In this document: positions 52,011 through 62,500 of the stretch, piece after piece | How positions within the stretch are numbered: the stretch's first letter is position 1 | Layout: each line of letters opens with the position of its first letter | Notes under the pieces: generated by a model | Databases searched by the model: none | The model's input: only the letters and a program-made list of their open reading frames with translations | What the model was told of the DNA's origin: nothing | Origin: a virus | Length of the DNA stretch: 64,000 bases | IMG/VR virus record: IMGVR_UViG_3300047510_002187 | Coordinates: 31,073-95,072 of that record | Strand: one strand, 5' to 3' | Translations under genes and position numbers: made by a program

Positions 52011-52487
52011 ATGAATTTATTGGAAAAATTTTCCAAGTATCTTCCAGATATACTTGATGATAATGAATGTTGGGAATGGCAAGGAAAAATTGATGCTCAT
52101 GGTTATGGGTACATTTGCAGAAACAAAAAAACTTTAAAGGCGCATAGAATTTCTTATGAAATTCATTATGCAGAACCTTTGGGAAATCTCCACTGTCTTC
52201 ATAGATGTGATAATCCAAAGTGTGTTAATCCTTCACATTTGTTTTCTGGAACTAATCTTGATAATGTCAAAGATAAAGTCAATAAAGGAAGATGTTATAC
52301 TGGTAATCAAAAAGGCGAAAATAATGGGGCATCAAGATTAAAAAATACTGATGTAATCAGAATTAGACAACTATATAAATCGGATAATTATACAACTATT
52401 AAACTTGCGGAAATGTATAATGTGCATCGCTCTACAATTTCTTATGTTGTAAATAATAAAACTTTTAAACATTTATTAGAGGATTGA
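52011..52487 (+). CDS. HNH homing endonuclease
   Basis: CWEWQGKIDAHGYGY...AHRISYE...LHRCDNPKCVNPSHL..GTNLDN; track start at 52008 is a TTG. Confidence 0.75.
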   Translation: MNLLEKFSKYLPDILDDNECWEWQGKIDAHGYGYICRNKKTLKAHRISYEIHYAEPLGNLHCLHRCDNPKCVNPSHLFSGTNLDNVKDKVNKGRCYTGNQKGENNGASRLKNTDVIRIRQLYKSDNYTTIKLAEMYNVHRSTISYVVNNKTFKHLLED

Positions 52488-52489
52488 AA

Positions 52490-53260
52490 ATGGCTCGTGG
52501 ATTTACAGTAAAAGCGAAACCTCCCACAACTGCACCAAAACAGGAGTGGGACTACGAAAAAATTAAAGAAAGAATGAAAGGCAAATCTATTGTCTTCTGT
52601 CTACCTGGACGAGGATGTTCTTTCATTTTCTTAAAGGCATTTGTTCAACTCTGTTTTGATCTAGTACAAAACGGAATGAGCATTCAAATATCCCAGGATT
52701 ATTCCTCAATGGTAAACTTTGCAAGATGCAAGTGTCTCGGAGCAAATGTTCTAAGGGGACCAAAACAAGTTCCTTGGGATGGAAGACTGGAATATGATTA
52801 TCAACTTTGGATTGATAGTGATATTGTCTTCAACACAGAAAAGTTTTGGCAGTTATGTGATATGTCACTACCAGAAGAAGGCGAAGAAAAATCAATTGTT
52901 GCCGGATGGTATGCTACAGAAGATGGTGTCACAACCTCTGTTGCCCATTGGTTAGACGAAGAAGATTTTCGTCGTAACGGTGGTGTCATGAATCACGAAA
53001 CTGTTGAGACCATCAGCAAGCGTCGTAAACCATTTACAGTTGATTATACTGGATTTGGTTGGGTCCTTATTAAGAAAGGTGTTTTTGAAAATCTTGAGTA
53101 TCCTTGGTTTGCTCCTAAGATGCAAGTTTTTGAATCAGGCGCCGTTCAGGACATGTGTGGGGAAGATGTTTCATTCTGCCTTGACGCAAAAGACGCAGGT
53201 TTTGAAATCTGGTGTGACCCTCGCGTAAGAGTCGGTCACGAAAAAACAAGAGTTATTTAA
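52490..53260 (+). CDS. putative glycosyltransferase (DxD-containing)
   Basis: WIDSDIVF DxD motif; EDVSFCLDAKDAGFEIWCDPRVRVGH C-terminal region; track start at 52484 is a TTG. Confidence 0.35.
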   Translation: MARGFTVKAKPPTTAPKQEWDYEKIKERMKGKSIVFCLPGRGCSFIFLKAFVQLCFDLVQNGMSIQISQDYSSMVNFARCKCLGANVLRGPKQVPWDGRLEYDYQLWIDSDIVFNTEKFWQLCDMSLPEEGEEKSIVAGWYATEDGVTTSVAHWLDEEDFRRNGGVMNHETVETISKRRKPFTVDYTGFGWVLIKKGVFENLEYPWFAPKMQVFESGAVQDMCGEDVSFCLDAKDAGFEIWCDPRVRVGHEKTRVI

Positions 53261-53280
53261 TTATTTGGAGTATTAAACTA

Positions 53281-53418
53281 TGGCAAAGCGACCTAATCTC
53301 AACGGAGAACAAATTGAAGCACATCCCAAGTCTACCCGTCAGGGTCTTGGGAAGAATACAAAGTATGCCGCGACTTCAAAGAACAAGGCAAGAAAAAAAT
53401 ACCGAGGTCAAGGTAAAT
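53281..53418 (+). CDS. small basic protein (45 aa)
   Basis: GGAG RBS; hand-translated MAKRPNLNGEQIEAHPKSTRQGLGKNTKYAATSKNKARKKYRGQGK. Confidence 0.35.
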
Positions 53419-53426
53419 AATTTCAT

Positions 53427-53461
53427 AGAGTGCTTAAATATAATTAAGCACTCTTTTTTTT
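53427..53461 (+). terminator. rho-independent terminator
   Basis: agagtgcttaa-atata-attaagcactct followed by T8. Confidence 0.7.
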
Positions 53462-53950
53462 ATGTCTTTTGTAGAAAAGGAATCTTATATCTTAAATTGG
53501 ATTCATGAAGTTTCAAAAACACGAGAAGAATTGAAGGGGTTTTCTATATGTCCTTTTTCTTCTCGATCAAACTACAAAATTATTGAATGTAATGCAGAAA
53601 ACATAATTCCAATAGATAATTATGAGGTCATCATTTTTATTATTGAAGATCATTTCAACTTAGAGGAAGTCCAATATTGGGTAAACTATCATAATCTCCA
53701 AAACCCTGATTGGAAATTTTTTAAAGATTGTGGATCTTATGATACTTATATTAATGGCGTTAAAACAAATAATGGCAAATATAATTTAATTTTAGGGCAA
53801 TCCAGAAAAGAACTCAGAGAATTTAGAAAAAAACTAGCTAAAACCTCGTATTATGATCTGTGGGATGATGAGTATTTGAAAGAAATTCTTGAGGAGGATT
53901 ATGATATTATTAACCGGGATAGTAACCCCGTAAAAAGTTCTGATTTATAA
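53462..53950 (+). CDS. hypothetical protein (162 aa)
   Basis: ORF track. Confidence 0.4.
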   Translation: MSFVEKESYILNWIHEVSKTREELKGFSICPFSSRSNYKIIECNAENIIPIDNYEVIIFIIEDHFNLEEVQYWVNYHNLQNPDWKFFKDCGSYDTYINGVKTNNGKYNLILGQSRKELREFRKKLAKTSYYDLWDDEYLKEILEEDYDIINRDSNPVKSSDL

Positions 53951-53969
53951 AAAATCAGGAGAACAAAAA

Positions 53970-54224
53970 ATGACTAAAAAAGTAGATAAAGATGAAAACT
54001 TTATGAGAAGTCAGTGGGGTACACAATATTTGTCAAGTGAATATGGTTGGGAATCAAAAGTTAATAAGCAAAAAATGCTTCGTGAAATCTCAAACGATGA
54101 CATTACACCCAAAAAGCATGATTTTTTGATTCAAAATGAGATTCACGAAAAAATCCGCAATGATGATGATTATGATGATTGGGAATACGGCACGGAACCT
54201 CTTTATGAATTCCAAAAAAACTGA
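53970..54224 (+). CDS. hypothetical protein
   Basis: ORF track. Confidence 0.35.
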   Translation: MTKKVDKDENFMRSQWGTQYLSSEYGWESKVNKQKMLREISNDDITPKKHDFLIQNEIHEKIRNDDDYDDWEYGTEPLYEFQKN

Positions 54225-54253
54225 ATAAATAATATAAATTATTATTCAGTTTT
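54221..54253 (+). promoter_or_regulatory. hairpin ctgaataa...ttattcag plus TTTT containing a late-promoter-like TATAAATT 12 nt upstream of gp25
   Basis: Palindrome directly read; one mismatch to T4 late TATAAATA. Confidence 0.45.
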
Positions 54254-54655
54254 ATGCCTCTAGAGAGGGTAAGTAAAGGGTTCAAAGATATAAGTATGTC
54301 ATTTCAGGTTAATCCTCTGAATTATGATCTTGTGGCGCTCAGGAATGAATCTGCAATCGCAAGATCAGTGAGAAATCTTGTACTTACCCAACCTGGAGAA
54401 AAATTTTTCAATCAAAATTTAGGTTCTAGAGTTTCAAGATCACTTTTTGAAAATCTTGATGAAATTTCAGCATCTATAATCAAAGATGAGATTGAAAATA
54501 CTATTAAAAATTATGAACCAAGAGTCAATCTAATTGATGTTATCGTATCACCAGATTATGATAACGGCGAATTTAATGTGACAATACAGTATTTGATTGT
54601 TGGTATTGATGTATTACCGCAACAGTTATCCTTTGCACTTCAGCCAACCCGATAA
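54254..54655 (+). CDS. gp25: baseplate wedge protein gp25 homolog
   Basis: IKDEIENTIKNYEPRVNLIDVIV aligns with T4 gp25 VERNIESAVRNYEPRIDKLAVNVIP (exact NYEPR); about 130 aa. Confidence 0.85.
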   Translation: MPLERVSKGFKDISMSFQVNPLNYDLVALRNESAIARSVRNLVLTQPGEKFFNQNLGSRVSRSLFENLDEISASIIKDEIENTIKNYEPRVNLIDVIVSPDYDNGEFNVTIQYLIVGIDVLPQQLSFALQPTR

Positions 54656-56577
54656 TGGCATTAGTTAATTTCACAAACTTAGATTTTGATCAAATTAAAT
54701 CATCAATCCGCGAGTATTTGAGATCAAATTCAAATTTTACCGATTATGATTTTGAAGGATCAAATCTTTCTACAATTATAGATCTATTAGCATATAATAC
54801 CTATATCTCTTCATATAATGCTAATATGATTAGCAATGAAGTTTTTATTGATAGTGCCACTTTGCGTGAGAATGTTGTTTCATTAGCAAAGCATATTGGG
54901 TATACACCAAGATCCCGAACCTCCTCAAGAGCAAATATATCTTTTTTCGTAGATACTACAAGCATATCAACAGCAGAAACTGCGCCATTAACGGTTACTC
55001 TTCAAAAAGGATTGGTGTGTGTAAGTTCTGTTGCATCTAATGGTCAGAATTATACATTTTCAATTATTGAAGATATCACTGTTCCAGTAGTAAATGGAAT
55101 AGCCTTGTTTGATAATATCACGATTTACGAAGGTTCCTATGTAAATCAATCTTTCATTGTGGATGTAAATAATTCAGAACAAAAATTTATATTAAATAAT
55201 GCAAATATTGATACTTCAACTCTGTCAGTTAATATTAGAAATTCCCAAGAAAGTAGTATTATTAATAAATTTAACTTATGTGAAGACTTATGTGTAGTTA
55301 ATGATAAAAGTAGAGTATTTTTTCTACAAGAAATAGAAGATCAAAGATATGAAATTATATTTGGTGATGGAATATTTGGAAAAAAACTTGATAATTCAAA
55401 TGTAGTAGAAGTTACCTATATTGTATCAAACGGTGAAAGTTCTAATGGTATTGAATCATTTTCCTTTATAGGAAGACTAGTAGATAATAATGCTCGGGTA
55501 ATTGCATCAGGAGTATCTTTAATTAGTACCATTTCTCCATCTCAAGGTGGAAAAGAAATTGAATCAATAGATTCAATTAGAAAATATGCGCCTAGGTTAT
55601 ATTCTTCACAAAAAAGAGCCGTAACCTCTTCCGATTATGAAAATATTGTTACTATGCTGTACCCAGAAGCAGAATCTGTTTCTGTTTTTGGTGGTGAAGA
55701 ATTGGATCCTCCAAGATATGGAAAAGTCTTTATTACAATTAAACCTTTTGAAGGAGAGGTTCTTCCGGAAACAATTAAAGACAATCTTAAAAATTTATTA
55801 AGAAAATACAGTGTTGCTGGAATTGTTACTGAAATATTAGACTTAAAGTATCTTTATATTGAGTTTGACTCCTCTGTTTATTATAATACTAGTTTTTCAC
55901 AATCACCTTCAGACTTAAAAACTCAAATCTTAAACAATTTAATTAGATATTCAGATTCTACAGAATTGAATAAATATGGTGCTAGATTTAAATATAGTAA
56001 ATTTTTAAAAATAATTGATGAAACAAATAAGGCAATAACATCAAATATAACTAAAATTAATATGAGAAGAGATTTGAAAGTTTTGTTAAATCAATTTGCG
56101 GAGTATGAAATTTGTTTTGGTAATGGTTTCCACATTAAAAATGAAAGTGGTTATAATATAAAATCTTCATCTTTTGGGGTTTCTGGTATTTTAGAAGATT
56201 TATACTTATCAGACATACCAGATTCAAATAAAAAAACTGGAAGAATTATATTTTTCAAAATAAATATTGAAAATTCTTTGCCATATATTGTCAATCCGAA
56301 TGCAGGAAAAATTGATTATGAGAAGGGAGAGGTGATTATATATCCAGTAAATATCATAAGAGCAGGAAAAGAAAAGTTTAACAATCCTATTATAGAAATA
56401 TCTGCAATACCAAAATCAAATGATATAATTGGACTACAAGATTTATATTTACAACTAGATATCAATAATAGTATTATTAATATGATATCTGATCCAATTT
56501 CTTCCGGTTCCGATATATCCGGAACGATTTATAAAACAACATCAAGTTATTCTAACGGAAATTTTATAAGAAAGTAA
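54655..56577 (+). CDS. gp6: baseplate wedge protein gp6 homolog
   Basis: NFTDYDFEGSNLSTIIDLLAYNT matches T4 gp6 FLDYDFEGSRLNVLCDLLAYNT; 640 aa; TAATG coupling to gp25. Confidence 0.85.
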   Translation: MALVNFTNLDFDQIKSSIREYLRSNSNFTDYDFEGSNLSTIIDLLAYNTYISSYNANMISNEVFIDSATLRENVVSLAKHIGYTPRSRTSSRANISFFVDTTSISTAETAPLTVTLQKGLVCVSSVASNGQNYTFSIIEDITVPVVNGIALFDNITIYEGSYVNQSFIVDVNNSEQKFILNNANIDTSTLSVNIRNSQESSIINKFNLCEDLCVVNDKSRVFFLQEIEDQRYEIIFGDGIFGKKLDNSNVVEVTYIVSNGESSNGIESFSFIGRLVDNNARVIASGVSLISTISPSQGGKEIESIDSIRKYAPRLYSSQKRAVTSSDYENIVTMLYPEAESVSVFGGEELDPPRYGKVFITIKPFEGEVLPETIKDNLKNLLRKYSVAGIVTEILDLKYLYIEFDSSVYYNTSFSQSPSDLKTQILNNLIRYSDSTELNKYGARFKYSKFLKIIDETNKAITSNITKINMRRDLKVLLNQFAEYEICFGNGFHIKNESGYNIKSSSFGVSGILEDLYLSDIPDSNKKTGRIIFFKINIENSLPYIVNPNAGKIDYEKGEVIIYPVNIIRAGKEKFNNPIIEISAIPKSNDIIGLQDLYLQLDINNSIINMISDPISSGSDISGTIYKTTSSYSNGNFIRK

Positions 56578-56578
56578 A

Positions 56579-59500
56579 ATGATTAATAACAGAGTAAAAT
56601 TCAATCTAATTCTAGAAAATCTAGTTCCAGAATATGTAAGAGAAGAATTTCCGTTAGTATTGGAATTTTTGAAAGAATATTATAAGTCTATTGAAAATCA
56701 AGGACAAACACTTGATCTTCTACAAAATATAGACAAATATGTGCAAATTGATAATATTACAAATCTGATAGATAGCACAAATCTAGTTACGGATATTACT
56801 TTTTTTGATGATGAAATATATGTTGAATCTATTCAAGGATTCCCTAAGAGAAATGGATTGTTGCAGATTGACTCTGAAGTAATTTTTTATGAGAAAATAT
56901 TAGAATTTCAAAAAGTAGAAAATATAAACATCATTATACCAACTAATTCAAATATTGTATATCCGATTGATGTTATTGGATCTCTTTCCGACTATGCGGG
57001 TTGTTTGTTGAGAATAAAAGATGAAGACAATAACATAATTAAAATCATAAAAATAGATTCCATTGGAAGTGGTTTATCATTGATACTATCTGATATTCCA
57101 TTTATCTCTGATGAAACTTTTGAATCTGAATATGTATGTGAAATTGTCGGAAGTAGATTTATTGGATGCAAAAGGGGATTTAGTGGTGTAACTTCATATA
57201 CATCTATCAATGCAATAGATAAACTTACTTTCAGCGAATCCGAATCTAATGATCACATATTTGGTTCCATTGTTAAAAATCTAAGTATACTTTTCCTAAA
57301 AGAGTTTTTTAGAAAAATAAAATACCAAATCGCTCCTGGATTTCAAAACATAGAGTTTTTTGGGGATTTAAATGAATCTACTTTTGTTAAGAATATTAGG
57401 GAGTTTTATACATCAAAAGGAACAGATTGTTCTTTTGAATTATTATTCAGAGCATTATTTGGTTCTGATGTGGAAATTATTAAACCTAGAGATTATTTGA
57501 TAATTCCATCAGACGCACAGTATAGGGTCTTTAGGAATATAATAGTAGAATCTGTCAATGGTGATCCAAGAAAATTAGCAAATAGGACACTATATCAAGA
57601 TCAGTTTGCAGGTATTAATCCTGCAAAAGGTATTGTATCTAAAGTAGAAAAAGTACAAAAGGATAGTAAAGATTATTATATTATCAGTTTAGATAATACA
57701 AAGGAAAATAGTTATGATTTAATTTTTGGTAATTTTAGTATTCACCCTAAAACAAAAGTTACTTTTGAATCCCAAATAGGCAGTAGTTATATTGATGTAG
57801 ATTCCACAATTGGATTCCCAGAATCTGGTGAACTAGTAGTTGAATATGAAAATCAAACAAGTGATATTATCACATATAAATCAAAAACATCTACTCAATT
57901 TTTAGAATGTGAAGGTATAACACAATCTATACCACTACTAACAGATGTAAAATTGAATACTTTTGTATACTCAATAGTTGATGGGGAAACAATTTCAGTA
58001 CGAATTGTAGGTGTAATTTCTGATTTAGATTTAATTGATAATTCTTATTACAATAAAATTGGGGATGAAATTGAGGTTAAAACCTTAGGTATAGAATTAG
58101 ATGATGTTAGATCAGAAAACTGGTTCTTTAATATTCCAGTATCTTATGATGTATCTTCAGTATCAATACTTGATAATAATGAAAATCAAAAAGATTATGA
58201 AGTTATTTTATTTGATAAACATATATTAAAAATAGGCGATCCAATTACATTATCTTCATCATTGGGTCAAAAATCTGATGGATTGGTTATTTCTTTTATA
58301 AACGAAAAAACAGTAGCAGTAAGAATAAAAGATTTATTAGATCCATCATTAAAATACATATTAAATAAAAATATATCAAAGGTAGACTCATCAAACTATA
58401 AAAGTTTGAATCAATATTCTTCCAATGTGCAAAATGTATATTCAGATGCTAACAATGAAATATATGTAAATTCACAGTCTTTACCAAATTATCTTTATGA
58501 ACCTTTAACTATAAATGATAATTCTATTGTATTTTCTGGTTCATATAATAATACTGAAGAACTTAATATAGGACCTCATAATTTTTATACTGGCGATTCC
58601 GTAATTTATAAACCGGGTGAAGGTTCAAATAAATTAAATATAGAAAAGGGAATTTATTTTGTTAAGCGAGTAAATAGTACAACTATTAAGTTATCAAGAA
58701 GTAGAAACAATATCTACACAAATATAAACTTCTTGAGACTAAGTGGAGATGTAGTAAATAATAAATTAGAATTTACTAAATTTAATTTTCCAAATTTAGA
58801 AACTAAACTATTAGAACCTCAAAATATTCTGAGAAAAATAACTCCAGATTTTGATAAATCCGATTCAACTACTTTGCCTGGAACTATTGGCATTTTAGTA
58901 AATGGAGTTGAACTATTAAATTATAAATCTAACGATCAAATATTTTATGGTGAAATAAAATCAATAATTCCTTCATCCGAAGGTAGTGGTTATGATGTTA
59001 TTAATCCACCAGATTTAATCATTAGTGATCCAATTGGATTTGGCGCTCAAGCATATTGTGCAGTTAATGGATCATTGGATCGTATTGATATTGTTGATCC
59101 CGGATTTGATTATTTGGAAGTTCCTAAAATACAAATCGCCGGAGGAAACGGAACTGGAGCATCTGCAGTTGCCGAACTAGTAAATTATAATTATTCGGTT
59201 AATTTTGACATTTCAAATGTTAATGTCATAACAGATACCATTGGATTTTCTACTTATCATAATTTTAGGACAGGAGAAGTAGTAAAATATTTACCTTTGA
59301 ATAATATTCCAGTAAGTGGTTTAACTACTAATTCAATATATTATATTAGTGTTATTGATAATTTAAATATAAAATTACACAAATCATTTGAAGATTCTGT
59401 ATCTGGAATAAACACATTACCACTATCTAATGTTGGTGGAAAATATCATAGATTAACATCAGAAAATTTAAAAAGAAAACTTGGATCTATACGAGTTGTT

Positions 59501-62500
59501 AATGGTGGAAAAAATTATCAAAACAAAAAAAGAATTTGTTATCCAACTGGAATCAATACATACAGCGATACTATACTAATTAATAATCATGGATATTCAA
59601 GTGGCGAAATAATTACATATAATTCAACTCAAGGATCTCCAATTGGATTAACTAGTTCTACAAGTTACTATGTCACTAAAATTAATGATAATGAATTTAA
59701 ATTATCTCAAATTGGTATCAGTACTCTAGGAATTTCAACTTCATTCTATTATGAAACTAGACAATATGTAAAATTAAGCTCTCAAGGAGCAGGAAAACAT
59801 ATCTTTAACTATCCAAAAATTGAAGTTACTATTTCTGGAAAAGTTGGAACTTATTCAACAGTTCAAACATATCAGGCTAAAATTCAACCAATTTTTAGTG
59901 GAAAAATTGAATCTGTTTTTATTGAAGATGGGGGAAACTCTTACGGATCTAATGAGATTTTAAATTACACCAAACAACCAGAGATTAAACTTTTAACTGG
60001 AACTGATGCTCAAGTTGAACCTATAATTTCTGACGGAAAAATTGTAGATGTAATTATAAAAAATCCAGGAAAAAATTATTATTCAACACCTAAATTGGAA
60101 ATAACTGGAAGTGGATCCGGTTGTATCCTGACTCCAGTAGTGAAATTTGGTGTTTTATTTGAAGTAAAGATTATATCTTCAGGAGCTGGATACAATAACC
60201 AAACAAAAATTGATGTAATTCCCCCAGGAATTGGAGCAAAATTTGAAGCTTCAATTCAAAGTTGGAGAATTAATATAGTAGAAAGAATATTCAGAAATAA
60301 TACTATTACATCAGATGATGGAGTAATTTATGAGGGTAAAGGTAAAAATTCTAGTTTAGAATATACACATCTATATGCACCAAGAAAACTTAGATCATCC
60401 GTATTTGGAACAAGAACAATAAATGGATCCACAATATATTCACAAGACCTAGAACTAATTGATGGAAAAGAATCAGATTCTGTATCACATTCCCCTATAA
60501 TCGGATGGGCATATGATGGAAATCCAATTTATGGTCCATATGGATATTCCTCTATAACTGGTGGTTCTGTAAAACAGATGATACCTGGATATGAACTTGT
60601 GATTAAAGATAATAGACCGAATTTAGATTTATATCCATTGGGAATTTTTATAGAAGATTACGAATTCTTAAATACTGGTGATTTAGATAAGCATAATGGA
60701 AGATATTGCATAACTCCCGAATTTCCAAATGGAACTTATGCGTATTTTTCAACTTTTAATACTTTTGTTGAGACCAGAGAAGGATCACTATTCAACAAAT
60801 ATAAAAAACCAGCATTTCCATATTTGATTGGTAATACATATAAATCTAATCCTATTAAATTTAATATTTCAATAAATTCAAATTTAAATAAATTTGATTT
60901 AAATAAAGAAAAATGGTTAAGAAATACAAAACCATATTCATTATTGAATAAAAATACATATTATAATTTTATACAAAATTCAGATAAAAATAGAAGACAA
61001 ATTTCTATTGTTGAGCAAATTAATAGCGGAAAGATAGATTCTGTTGGTATTATTACTGGCGGTTACGACTATAAAGTTGGAGATAAACTAATAGTAGATG
61101 ATACAAATACTAGTGGATTTGGGTTTAATGCTTCAGTTTCCTCAATAAAGGGTATAAAATTATTAAAGGTAGAATCTGCCACTGAAATTATTGATGATGT
61201 TGAAATATTATTCAATAATTCAAAACTTATATCATTTTCAACTTCCCCACACAACTTATTTAATAATGATATAGTCACAATTAATTCAAAATATGACTTT
61301 AATGCAAGAGGATTAGTAAAATTAACTCAAAATAATTTGGTATTAACTACCGGTATTGGATCAACACTAACTACTGGAATTATAACTTATTTGAATGTAT
61401 CTGGTAATCTCAACTATCCAAATGTAAGAGAAAATGATGTATATCAGATTGATCAAGAAAAGGTAAAAATATTAGCAATTGATAAAAATTCTTCTAGAAT
61501 TAAAGTTCTTCGGGAATTTGATAATAGTGTTGGAGTTAATTCTGCGGTTTCTGGATCTATACTTACAGAAAAGACTAGAAAATTTGAAATTAGATTGAAT
61601 TCATCTGGGTTGTCTACAGAAAGCATTTTAGATGTCAATAAAGAAATATATTTTGATCCAAATGAAACTATTGGAATTGGAACTACTTCTGGAGTAGGGA
61701 TAACAAGCACTATATACTTCTCTAATCCTGGTGTTGGTATAACTTTTATTTCAATACCAACAAAATCATTGTATTTGCCGGAGCATAATTTAGAAACTGG
61801 CGATGAATTAACTTATTCAACTAACAATGGATCTTCAATATTAGTCTCATTAGATGGAATAAATGGATTTTCTCTACCAAATGATTCTAAGGTATATGTT
61901 TCAAGAATAAGTTCAAATCTTATTGGAATTTCTACTGATAATAATAATACACTATATTTCCTTTCTTCCGGTTCTGGTATAAATCATAGTTTTAAAACTA
62001 ATTATAAAAATATATTCAAAGGTAGGGTTTCTAAAACTATAGTCACATCTACTACAGATGGTAGTCATAACTTATTGTTAAATGATGAAATAAATTTAAA
62101 AATTCAATCAAAGACCATTGAAACATTTAAAGTAAGATATAATAAAAATAATAGAAGATTATTGATTAATCCTATAAATTTCTTATCGTCTGCTGTAAAT
62201 GTTGATGATAATACCATAAGATTGCCAAATCATGGACTAAGAAGTGGGCAAAAGATAATTTATACATCATCTTCACCATCACTAGGATTGGTGAACAATG
62301 AAATTTATTATGTAATTAATGTAAGTAGTGATGATATTGGTCTCTCATCTACATTATACGATTCAACTAAAAATTTTCCATCATTCATTAATATAGAGTC
62401 TTCATCTTCAGGAACAATATCTCCGATAAATCCAAAAATAAACATAACTAAAAATAATCAAGTTATATTTGATCTATCAGATTCTTCTTTATCCTTTAAA

